Assembly (NCBI GenBank): GCA_963718525.1
Contig: OY970355.1
Coordinates: 1,088,001 to 1,152,000, forward strand
DNA: 64,000 bases
Reading direction: 5' to 3'
Source of the DNA: Candidatus Dormiibacterota bacterium
GTDB taxonomy: Bacteria; Chloroflexota; Dormibacteria; Aeolococcales; Aeolococcaceae
The position numbers were made by a program, and so were the translations under genes. The notes below the pieces were generated by a model. It saw only the letters and a program-made list of their open reading frames with translations, was not told the DNA's origin and ran no database searches. Positions 37,407 through 45,599 of this stretch are shown here, piece after piece (positions within the stretch are counted from its first letter, which is position 1; every line of letters begins with the position of its first letter).

Positions 37407-38516
37407 GTGGCTGGAAGACCAAGCCTGTCTCGTGCCGCCCTGGAGGCCTGCGGCGACCCTCTGCCCTTTCGATCGCCGGTACCGCCCCGGCTCCCGGGCT
37501 ACATCCCGTTTGAGACCTCCGTCCCGTGCGCGGAGGCGTTCGATGACCCCGACTGGCTGTTCAGCGTCGACTGGGATGGAGCAAGAGCGCTGCTCTTCAT
37601 CGACGCGGACGGATCGGTGCGCATCCAGGGCGAAGTGCTCCGTGACCTCGCGCGGCGTTTCCCTGACATCCCTGCGGCCGCGGCCATCCCCAATGGCCGG
37701 GGCGCTGTCCTCGACGGTGTCATCGGAGTGCTCGACCGGGAAGGCCGTCCGGACCTGGCGGGCTTCGGCCGTCGCCTCGCCGCCGGGCCGGCCGCAGCAG
37801 CAGAGCTTCCGGCGGTGTACCTCTGCTGTGACGTGCTGCACCTCGACGGGCGCTCGACGATGGGATGGCCCCTGGATCGTCGCCTCGATGCGCTCAGCGA
37901 TCTCACCCGCCGGAGTGACGTCCTCCAGGCGCCGGACCACGTGCGCGGACGCGGCGAGGCGCTCGCGGCCGCAGCAGCCGGACGGAGCCTGCCGGCGCTG
38001 CTCGCCCGGCGGGGCGCGGCTTGCTACCGGCCGGGCGTCGCCTCCCCTGATCGACTGCGCATCGGGCTCGCCGATCAGACGACCTGCGTCATCGCAGGCG
38101 TGGTTCCGCGCCGGGCTGGCACGAGGCTCATTCTCGGAGAGCATGTCGACGGTCGCCTCACCTTCGCGGGACAGGTCGAGGGACCGCGTGACCCGCTTGT
38201 GGCCGCGTGGCTCGCGCGGCACATCGCCGACCTGACGGTCAAAACCGCATCACTCGACGGCGTGCAACCTGTCAACGCGACCTGGCTGCGACCCGCGCTC
38301 ACCGCGACCGTCCGGCACCACGGCCGCAGCGCTGCCGGCGCGCTCCTGCGCCCGGCGCTCCTCGCGGTGCGCGACGACGTCGATCCGCGCTGGTGCGTGC
38401 AACGACCCGCGGTCGCCGGCCCGGTCGAGCTGCACGCCGGGACCCGCTTCTCGCCGACACTCCTGATACCGCTCCCTCTCGGCGATCTTTCAGGGCTCCC
38501 TCAGGCAAGTCGATGA
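37407..38516 (+). CDS. ATP-dependent DNA ligase-like protein, predicted catalytically inactive
   Basis: Colinear with the LigD LIG+OB domain, but motif I reads SVDWDG (vs ELKYDG), III DGVI, IV PALLAR, V RLRIG. Confidence 0.8.
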   Translation: MAGRPSLSRAALEACGDPLPFRSPVPPRLPGYIPFETSVPCAEAFDDPDWLFSVDWDGARALLFIDADGSVRIQGEVLRDLARRFPDIPAAAAIPNGRGAVLDGVIGVLDREGRPDLAGFGRRLAAGPAAAAELPAVYLCCDVLHLDGRSTMGWPLDRRLDALSDLTRRSDVLQAPDHVRGRGEALAAAAAGRSLPALLARRGAACYRPGVASPDRLRIGLADQTTCVIAGVVPRRAGTRLILGEHVDGRLTFAGQVEGPRDPLVAAWLARHIADLTVKTASLDGVQPVNATWLRPALTATVRHHGRSAAGALLRPALLAVRDDVDPRWCVQRPAVAGPVELHAGTRFSPTLLIPLPLGDLSGLPQASR

Positions 38517-39352
38517 CCGCTTCGGTCCTCATGTGCCGGCCCGATCACTTCGGGATCGAGTACGAGATCAACCCGTGGATGCACGTTGCGGTCGAGGTCG
38601 ATCACGCGCTGGCGGCGTCGCAGTGGGACGCGCTGTACCGCAAGTACGTCGATCTCGGCGTGGTTGTGGAGTTGGCGACATCCGTCGCGGGTCTGCCCGA
38701 CATGGTCTTCACCGCCAACGCGGCCGTGCTCTGGGACGACCGTGCGGTGCTGAGCAACTTCCATCATGCCGAACGGCAGGGCGAGGAGACGCACTGGCGC
38801 GAGGAACTCGAGCGCCTCGGCTTCGATGTTCACGAGCTGCCGCGATCGCTGTCCTTCGAGGGCGCCGGCGATGCCCTGTTCGTCGGTGATCGCCTGTTCT
38901 GCGGTTACGGGTTCCGGACCGACCGCGAGGCGCACCACCCGGTGGCGCGCATCCTCGAGGTCGAGGTCGTGTCACTCCAACTGGTCGACCCGCGCTTCTA
39001 TCACCTGGACACCTGCTTCTGCCCACTCGATGCCACCAATGTTCTCGCGGCCCCTGCCGCATTCGCCCCGGAGTCGATGCGCTTGATTCGCGAGCTGGTG
39101 CCGAATCTGATCGAGGTGCCGGTCGAGGTGGCGGCGGGCTTTGCGTGCAACGCCATGCCGCTCGGGCGGCACTTGCTCTCCTCGCTGACGATCTCGCAGT
39201 TGGAGACTCCTCTGAAGGCCGCCGGGTACACTCCGATTCCGCTGCCTATGGGGGAGTTCCTCAAGGCCGGTGGTGGGGTCCGCTGCCTCTCGCTGCCACT
39301 CGGTGAGCGAGGTCGCGCCCGCACCCAGGATGCCGCCCAAGGCTCAGGGTAG
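38513..39352 (+). CDS. amidinotransferase / dimethylarginine dimethylaminohydrolase family protein
   Basis: LMC.P.HF...YEINPWM, LPDMVFTAN, FEGAGD, FYHLDTCF, EF.KAGG.VRC. ATGA overlap with the upstream gene. Confidence 0.9.
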   Translation: MTASVLMCRPDHFGIEYEINPWMHVAVEVDHALAASQWDALYRKYVDLGVVVELATSVAGLPDMVFTANAAVLWDDRAVLSNFHHAERQGEETHWREELERLGFDVHELPRSLSFEGAGDALFVGDRLFCGYGFRTDREAHHPVARILEVEVVSLQLVDPRFYHLDTCFCPLDATNVLAAPAAFAPESMRLIRELVPNLIEVPVEVAAGFACNAMPLGRHLLSSLTISQLETPLKAAGYTPIPLPMGEFLKAGGGVRCLSLPLGERGRARTQDAAQGSG

Positions 39353-39363
39353 ATCCAACAACC

Positions 39364-39381
39364 TCTGAGCGTTTTCCCAGA
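39364..39381 (+). promoter_or_regulatory. OmpR/PhoP-type direct-repeat box upstream of the response regulator (putative autoregulation)
   Basis: TCTGAGC-GTTT-TCCCAGA, the same heptamer and 11-bp period as the boxes at 44391-44472. Confidence 0.5.
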
Positions 39382-39402
39382 CTTCCGCGCGAAGATGGTC
39401 CG

Positions 39403-40128
39403 GTGACCACCCCCACCCCTGGACAGCCGAGCCGGCTGCTTGTCGTTGACGATGAGCGTGCCATCACCGATCTTGTCGCGATGGCCCTCAAATACGAGGG
39501 CTTCTCGGTGCAGACCGCCGCCACCGCGAAGCAGGCCCGTCACGCGGTGATGGACTTCCGTCCGGACCTGATGATCCTGGACGTCGGGCTGCCGGACGAC
39601 GATGGATTCACGCTCGTCCAGCGCCTCATCACCGACGGCATCAAGGTGCCGGTGATCTTCCTCACCGCTCGGGATGCCACCGAGGAAAAGGTCCACGGGT
39701 TGACCATCGGTGGCGACGACTACGTGACCAAGCCCTTCAGCATCGAGGAGCTCGTCGCGCGGATCCGTGTCGTGCTCCGGCGCCACAATCCCGACGGCGC
39801 GGCGGCGAACGCCAAGCTCGTCCTCCACGACCTGGAGCTGGATGACGAGACGCACGAGGTCTTCCGCGCCGGGGAAGCGGTGGAGTTGACGCGCACCGAG
39901 TTCCGTCTGCTCCGCTATCTCATGATGAACAGCGGCCGCGTGCTGTCGCGCTCGCAGATCCTCGATCACGTCTGGGACTACGACTTCGGCGGCGACGCCA
40001 GCGTGCTCGAGACGTATATCAGCTACCTCCGCCGCAAGGTCGACAACGTCGACCCGCCGCTCATTCACACGGTCCGCGGGATCGGCTACGTCATTCGCCT
40101 CCCGCGCACCGCATCGGCGCATGCGTAA
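39403..40128 (+). CDS. OmpR/PhoB family response regulator (PhoP/TcrX-like)
   Basis: VVDDE, LDVGLPD, FLTAR, GGDDYVTKPFS, winged helix YISYLRRK, HTVRG.GY. Confidence 0.95.
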   Translation: MTTPTPGQPSRLLVVDDERAITDLVAMALKYEGFSVQTAATAKQARHAVMDFRPDLMILDVGLPDDDGFTLVQRLITDGIKVPVIFLTARDATEEKVHGLTIGGDDYVTKPFSIEELVARIRVVLRRHNPDGAAANAKLVLHDLELDDETHEVFRAGEAVELTRTEFRLLRYLMMNSGRVLSRSQILDHVWDYDFGGDASVLETYISYLRRKVDNVDPPLIHTVRGIGYVIRLPRTASAHA

Positions 40129-40158
40129 GCGGCGCGGGTGATGTTCTCAGGACGATAG

Positions 40159-41559
40159 ATGTCTCTTCGACTCCGGCTGCTGCTGACCCTGGCGCCGCTG
40201 TTCGTCCTCGGGCTCGCAGCCGCCGACGCCGGGACGTACGTGGCGTTGCAGAGCTCGCTGCTGCAGAACGTCGACAATCAGCTGGTCGCACTCCGCGACG
40301 GCGCAGAGAACGCCCTCGGGCATTCCGGGCCACCTGGCGGGCAGTTTGACAACGGCGGAGGCAGCGGCCAATTACCGCCGGGCACCTATGGCGAGCTCGT
40401 CGACGCATCCGGGCCTCTGAGCGGCGGCGGCCTGTACGGCGGCTACGTCCAGTCGACGCCATCGCATCCCGTGTTGCCCGCAACGATCTACAAAGACGCG
40501 GGCACGACGCTGTTGACGGTTCCCGGAGTCGGGACGTGGGATTCGTACCGAGTCCTCGTGACTCCGGACTCGAGTCAGCCCGGCACCGATCTGGTGGTCG
40601 CGCTCCCGCTCGACGGCGTCGACACCACCCTCGGCACGCTCCTGCTCTTCGAGATCGCCATCAGCAGTGGCATCACGATTGTCGTCCTGGTCGTCACGTG
40701 GTTGCTGGTACGCCGCGGGATGCGCCCCCTCGAACGCATGGGTGCCACCGCGCGGTCGATCGCGGCGGGTAACCTCGGTCGCCGGGTATCGCCGTCAAAC
40801 GAACGCACTGAGGTCGGCCAGCTCGGCCTCGCCCTCAACGGGATGTTGAGCCAGATCGAGCGAGCCTTTGCCGAGCGCGACGTCACCGAGCAGAAGTTGC
40901 GCCACTTCGTCTCCGACGCCTCGCACGAGTTGCGCACCCCGCTCACGTCGATGCGCGGCTACGCGGAGCTGCTGCAACGAAACCCCGACATGACGCGTGA
41001 CGATGTCCTGCTCGCGGTGCGGCGCATCGAGGACGAGACCCGGCGCATGGGCCTGCTGGTCGACGACCTGCTCCTGCTCGCGAGACTGGACCAGGGACGC
41101 CCCCTGGACAGGGCACCGGTCGATCTCACGTCGATGGTCAACGACGCCGTGAGCGACGCCCGGGCGGCCGACCCGGGGCGCTCGGTCAGCGCCCGGATCG
41201 AGGCGCCGATCGTGGTCACCGGCGACGACCTTCGCCTCCGACAGGCTGTGGCCAACCTCGTCCGAAACGCGCTGGTGCACACGCCGGCGGGGAGTCCTGT
41301 GGAGGTTGCGCTGCATCCCGAGAACGGGCACGTCGAGATCGACGTCATCGACCACGGTCCGGGCGTGCCAACCGCGCAGCGCGAGCGCATCTTCGAGCGT
41401 TTTCATCGTGCGGATCCTCTCCGCAGTCGCGACCAGGGCGGCAGCGGGTTGGGTCTGAGCATTGCGACGGCGGTGGTGACCGCGCATGGGGGAAGTATCA
41501 GCGTCACCGACACACCCGGCGGCGGCGCCACCTTCCGGATCGCGCTTCCGGCGGCGTGA
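40159..41559 (+). CDS. HAMP sensor histidine kinase
   Basis: Two TM helices, HAMP, H-box DASHELRTPL, NLVRNA, DHGPG, GSGLGL. Confidence 0.95.
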   Translation: MSLRLRLLLTLAPLFVLGLAAADAGTYVALQSSLLQNVDNQLVALRDGAENALGHSGPPGGQFDNGGGSGQLPPGTYGELVDASGPLSGGGLYGGYVQSTPSHPVLPATIYKDAGTTLLTVPGVGTWDSYRVLVTPDSSQPGTDLVVALPLDGVDTTLGTLLLFEIAISSGITIVVLVVTWLLVRRGMRPLERMGATARSIAAGNLGRRVSPSNERTEVGQLGLALNGMLSQIERAFAERDVTEQKLRHFVSDASHELRTPLTSMRGYAELLQRNPDMTRDDVLLAVRRIEDETRRMGLLVDDLLLLARLDQGRPLDRAPVDLTSMVNDAVSDARAADPGRSVSARIEAPIVVTGDDLRLRQAVANLVRNALVHTPAGSPVEVALHPENGHVEIDVIDHGPGVPTAQRERIFERFHRADPLRSRDQGGSGLGLSIATAVVTAHGGSISVTDTPGGGATFRIALPAA

Positions 41560-41571
41560 GGATGGGGCCTG

Positions 41572-42159
41572 ATGTCTAGTCAACTGCTCTGGTACACCAC
41601 CCGCGGCGCGGGCGCCGTCAGCATCGTGCTGCTGAGCGTGGTCGTCGTCCTCGGCCTGCTCGCACGCGTGCGCTTCGAGACACGTGGCTGGCCGCGGTTT
41701 CTGAGTGCGGCCGTCCACCGTGATCTTGCGCTGATGACGCTCGTGTTCCTGCTCCTGCACATCGTCACCGCAGTGGTCGACCCGTTCACCCATCTTGGCC
41801 TCGTGGCCGCGCTGGTTCCGTTCGGCTCGTACTACCGAACGTTCTGGCTCGGCCTCGGGACGATCGCCTTTGAACTGCTCATCGCGATCGTCGCCACCAG
41901 CCTGCTCCGGAAGCACATCGGTGCGCGTGTGTGGCGGTCGATCCACTGGCTTGCCTATCTGAGCTGGCCTGTCGCGGTGGTGCATGGCATCGGCACCGGC
42001 ACCGATGGGACAGCGCGATGGATGCTGACCATCGATGCGGTATGCGTCGTCGCAGTTGGGGCGGCGCTCATGTGGCGGCTGGTTGCGGCTCCCCCGGATC
42101 CGCTCGCCGACGAGCGCCGCCTGGCCGCGGAGCGCGCGTCGTTCGGCACCGATCGATGA
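41572..42159 (+). CDS. ferric reductase-like / MsrQ-like heme b membrane protein
   Basis: WY.TR..G, VHR.L, LHI, W..IH.LAY..W.....H; about 5-6 TM helices. Confidence 0.85.
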   Translation: MSSQLLWYTTRGAGAVSIVLLSVVVVLGLLARVRFETRGWPRFLSAAVHRDLALMTLVFLLLHIVTAVVDPFTHLGLVAALVPFGSYYRTFWLGLGTIAFELLIAIVATSLLRKHIGARVWRSIHWLAYLSWPVAVVHGIGTGTDGTARWMLTIDAVCVVAVGAALMWRLVAAPPDPLADERRLAAERASFGTDR

Positions 42160-43383
42160 GCATCGCGCTGCTGGCCGGCAAGCCCGCCGTCGAGGGGATG
42201 GAGCATCTCGCCGAGCATCGGCAGCGTCTCGGAGCGCTCCCACCCCCGTCGTCCGCACTCGTCGATGCGATCGAGCGCAGCACCCTGCGTGGTAAGGGCG
42301 GCGCAGGGTTTCCCGTTGCCACCAAATGGCGGTCGGTAGCGGCGCAGCGCTCGGGGACTCCGGTCGTCCTCGCCAACGGCGGCGAGGGCGAGCCGTTGAG
42401 CCAGAAGGATCGCATGCTCATGGAGCAGCGGCCACACCTCGTCATCGACGGCGCCCTGCTTGCTGCGGATGCCGTCGGCGCGGACGAGGTCATCCTGTAC
42501 ATCGGTGCGGACCACGCCGGCGCCGTCCAGGCGATGCACCGGGCTGTCGCGGAGCGTCCGGTTTCCGAGCGTGGCCGGCTTCGCCTTGTGAGCGCCCCGG
42601 TTCGCTACGTCTCCGGAGAGGAGACCGCGGCGGTGCATTTCGTCAATGACGGGATCGCGCTCCCCACGTCGATCCCACCCCGGCCGTTCGAACGCGGAGT
42701 CGACGGTCGCCCCACACTCGTGCAGAACGTCGAGACACTCGCGCACGTCGCGTTGATCGCCCGCTTCGGCGATGAGTGGTTCCGCTCCCTCGGCGATGGC
42801 AAGGCGTCGGGGACCACGCTGGTGACGGTGGGTGGCGCGGTGCCGCAGAGTGTCCTCATCGAGATCCCGCAGGGCATCGCGCTTGCCGATGCCGTCAACG
42901 CGGCCGGTGGCCTCACGTCGGACAGCGACGCGGTGCTCCTCGGCGGTTATTTCGGCGGGTGGGTCGAACTCGGGCACAGCCTGGGGCCTCCCTCTGGACG
43001 CCGATCCGTTGCGGCAGCGCGGTTACTCGCTCGGCTGCGGGGTGATCGCAGTGCTTCCATCGACCCGATGCGGCGTGATCGAGACCGCGAGAATCGTGTC
43101 GTACCTTGCGCACGAGAGCGCGCGACAGTGCGGGCCCTGCACCTTCGGATTGCGTGCCATCTCGGCGGCCACAGGCCGCATCGCCGGGCTCGCGGCGACC
43201 GCCGGTGACCTCGAGCATGTGCAGCGGTGGGCGGGACTGCTTGCCGGGCGCGGCGCGTGCCGGCACCCGGACGGGGCCGCCGGGCTGCTCGCCTCCGCGC
43301 TGCGAGTCTTCGCAGGCGAATTCCAGCTCCACGATGACGAGCGGCGTTGCAGTGTTGCGCGCGTCGCGGCGGCGGTGTCATGA
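42156..43383 (+). CDS. NuoF-like NADH-oxidising FMN/4Fe-4S protein, with an apparent +1 frameshift at ~42967
   Basis: LRGKGGAGFP...KW, N..EGEP..KD, YVSGEE, NVETL in the first frame; ES..QCGPC..G and GRGAC.HPDG in the next frame. Deleting one A joins them as GGWVDSGTAW. Confidence 0.85.
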
Positions 43384-43601
43384 GCGATCGCGTCACGCTC
43401 GCCATCGATCGCATCAAGTGCGATGGTCACGGCGTGTGCGCCGACCTGGTCCCCGAGCTCATCGAGCTCGACGACTGGGGATACCCGATCATCCGAGCCG
43501 GTGCGATCCCGCCGTCGGTCGTTCCCCATGCGCGCAGGGCTGTCTCAGGTTGCCCGACGCTTGCCTTGCGCCTCCAGGCACTGGTCAATTCGCGCCGCTG
43601 A
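43380..43601 (+). CDS. small ferredoxin (3Fe-4S/4Fe-4S type)
   Basis: ID...CDGHGVC...PE....DDWGYP.....CP..AL; ATGA overlap. Confidence 0.88.
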   Translation: MSDRVTLAIDRIKCDGHGVCADLVPELIELDDWGYPIIRAGAIPPSVVPHARRAVSGCPTLALRLQALVNSRR

Positions 43602-43612
43602 CGTACGCCGCG

Positions 43613-44356
43613 TCAGCCGTGCTGCAACAAGAGATCGAACTCCATCGTGGCCGTGTTGTCGACGGTGACGAAACCCCCGACGTTTGGCGCCTGCATGTTG
43701 AACTCGCTCCACGGGAACGAGATCGACCCGACCACCTCGATCTGCGAGCCTGAGAGCCGCGCTTTCACGGGAATGGTGACGGTCCTGGCCGTCCCATGGA
43801 TCGTCAGCTTGCCCGTCAACGACACCTGTATCTGCGCCCCCGACGTCGCATTCGCGGGCAGGGTCACCGGCGATGACAGCACGAACGTCGCCTTGGGAAA
43901 CTGGGCGCTCTCGATGCCGAGGGTCTCGAGATGGCTGTCGCGCATCGACTGATCACTGGTCAGCGATTGCACGTTGACGGTGAACGATCCGGCGCTGACC
44001 GTCAATGCTGACGCCGACCCCGCGATGGTCACGCTTCCGGTGATCTGCGAAGTTCGCCCAACGGCATCGCTTGGTGCCGAAAGAAACGCGAGCTTCTCGC
44101 GAACGCGGTATCCGGCGACGGACTTCGAGGCAACGCTCCAGATTCCGGGAATCGCAGTCGAGGTGAGCGCCGGCGATTGCGCGGTTGCCGCCGGCGACGT
44201 CAGGGCCAGCGGCGCCGGTGCCGAGTGGCTGAACAGCACGAAGTAGACGAACAGCACGCCCGTGGCCCCAAGGGCGACGACAGCTCCGAGTCCGGTGAGG
44301 AGCCAGGCGCGCATGCTTCGTGGGCGAGGGAATGAGCCGGATTTGGTCTGGGGCAT
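43613..44356 (-). CDS. membrane-anchored YceI family (polyisoprenoid-binding) protein
   Basis: N-terminal TM, S.AGYRV.E, SL.SD...RD, FP.ATF, G.LTIHG. Confidence 0.85.
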   Translation of the reverse strand: MPQTKSGSFPRPRSMRAWLLTGLGAVVALGATGVLFVYFVLFSHSAPAPLALTSPAATAQSPALTSTAIPGIWSVASKSVAGYRVREKLAFLSAPSDAVGRTSQITGSVTIAGSASALTVSAGSFTVNVQSLTSDQSMRDSHLETLGIESAQFPKATFVLSSPVTLPANATSGAQIQVSLTGKLTIHGTARTVTIPVKARLSGSQIEVVGSISFPWSEFNMQAPNVGGFVTVDNTATMEFDLLLQHG

Positions 44357-44390
44357 CGGGCCTCCTTGCCTGGGAACGGTAGAGGCGCCG

Positions 44391-44430
44391 GCTCAGAGGC
44401 CGGCCTGAAATCGCTATGAGTCCGCTCAGA
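44391..44430 (-). promoter_or_regulatory. four heptamer direct repeats at exact 11-bp period upstream of the yceI-like gene
   Basis: Minus strand: TCTGAGC-GGAC-TCATAGC-GATT-TCAGGCC-GGCC-TCTGAGC. Confidence 0.6.
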
Positions 44431-44443
44431 GATCGCCCCGACT

Positions 44444-44472
44444 TCACAGCGGCCTCCCAGCTTCCTCGGGGC
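44444..44472 (+). promoter_or_regulatory. PhoP-like box upstream of the GT2-apbE operon
   Basis: TCACAGC-GGCC-TCCCAGC-TTCC-TCGGGGC; resembles the M. tuberculosis PhoP consensus TCACAGC-N4-TCACAGC. Confidence 0.6.
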
Positions 44473-44505
44473 TGGTGTCAAGGAGCGGGCGCCAGCCTTG
44501 ATCTC

Positions 44506-45288
44506 ATGAACGATCTTCGCGGAACAGCGACCGCACCGGTCCTGGATATCGCCATTCCCGTCTACAACGAGGAGCGAGTCCTGGAACGGAGCGTGCTCCA
44601 GCTCCACAATCACCTTCGCGCCGAGATCCCGTTCGCAACGAGGATCACCATCATCGACAACGCGAGCGAGGACGGCACGCGCTTGATCGGCATGCGGCTC
44701 GCGAACGCGCTCGACGGGGTGCGTTTCCTCCACCTGCCTCAGAAGGGGCGCGGTCGGGCTCTGCGCAGCGCGTGGACGGCGAGCGACGCGCGCGTCGTCG
44801 CGTACATGGACGTCGACCTCTCGACGCAACTCGATGCGCTGACAGCGCTGATCGCCCCGATTCTCTCGGGCAGCTGTGACATCGCCATCGGCAGCCGGCT
44901 CGCCGCGGGCGCGCGCGTGGTTCGGAGCCCGTGGCGTGAATTCATCTCGCGCGGGTACAACCTTCTCCTCCGCGCGCTGCTGCACACCTGCTTTCGCGAC
45001 GCCCAGTGCGGGTTTAAGGCGATGCGCGCACAGGTCGCCCACGAACTCGTGCCGATCGTCCGGGATCAGGGGTGGTTCTTCGACACCGAACTGCTCGTCG
45101 CGGCGCAGCGTGCCGGCATGCGCATCCAGGAGGTTCCCGTGGAGTGGGTCGAGGATCCGGACTCGCGCGTCGACATACCGGCAACGGTGCTCACCGATCT
45201 TCGCGGCGTGCTGCGGCTGCTCCGCGAGACACCGCATGCACGTCATGCCGTGCTTCCGCAACCGGCACCTTCCCAGGAGCACGCGTGA
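44506..45288 (+). CDS. GT2 polyprenol-phosphate glycosyltransferase (DPM1/ALG5-like)
   Basis: IPVYNEE, DNAS.DGT, KGRG, YMDVDLS, IGSR, DAQCGFKA, WFFDTE. Confidence 0.9.
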   Translation: MNDLRGTATAPVLDIAIPVYNEERVLERSVLQLHNHLRAEIPFATRITIIDNASEDGTRLIGMRLANALDGVRFLHLPQKGRGRALRSAWTASDARVVAYMDVDLSTQLDALTALIAPILSGSCDIAIGSRLAAGARVVRSPWREFISRGYNLLLRALLHTCFRDAQCGFKAMRAQVAHELVPIVRDQGWFFDTELLVAAQRAGMRIQEVPVEWVEDPDSRVDIPATVLTDLRGVLRLLRETPHARHAVLPQPAPSQEHA

Positions 45289-45599
45289 TGCAGTCCCCCA
45301 AGCGGCGAATCACCGTCGAGCAGCGCGACCGTGCTCTCCGCCTGCGCGGCAGGCTCACCGCGTCATTCGGTGTCATCGGGACAGCCGCCGTCGCAGTGCT
45401 GGCGGTCACAGCGGCGCACACCCACGCCGGAACATCCACAAGCGCTGCATCGTCTTCGGCTATCAAGTCGTCCACCTCGACCACGACGACGCCGGCGTCG
45501 TCGTCCGCGTCGAGCAGCACCGGCTCGTCGTCGCTGTCCACCGGATCGGCGAGCACCGGAAGCTCGTCCTCTGCGAGTACCGTCAGCGGCGGCTCATGA
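45288..45599 (+). CDS. small membrane-anchored Ser/Thr-rich protein, putative ApbE flavinylation substrate
   Basis: 103 aa: basic N-terminus, one hydrophobic helix, long S/T/G/A linker, C-terminal TVSGGS; overlaps both neighbours (TGATG, ATGA). Confidence 0.7.
   Translation: MQSPKRRITVEQRDRALRLRGRLTASFGVIGTAAVAVLAVTAAHTHAGTSTSAASSSAIKSSTSTTTTPASSSASSSTGSSSLSTGSASTGSSSSASTVSGGS

Noticed and set aside
42156-43383. NuoF-like gene as a true pseudogene or two separate genes
   Set aside because: A single-base deletion restores a complete protein with all motifs, in the same sequence context as the gcvPB shift; probably a sequencing error.
45420-45595. Ser/Thr codon repeats as a tandem repeat or CRISPR array
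   Set aside because: Low-complexity coding linker without constant repeats and unique spacers; no CRISPR array or cas gene was seen in the window.
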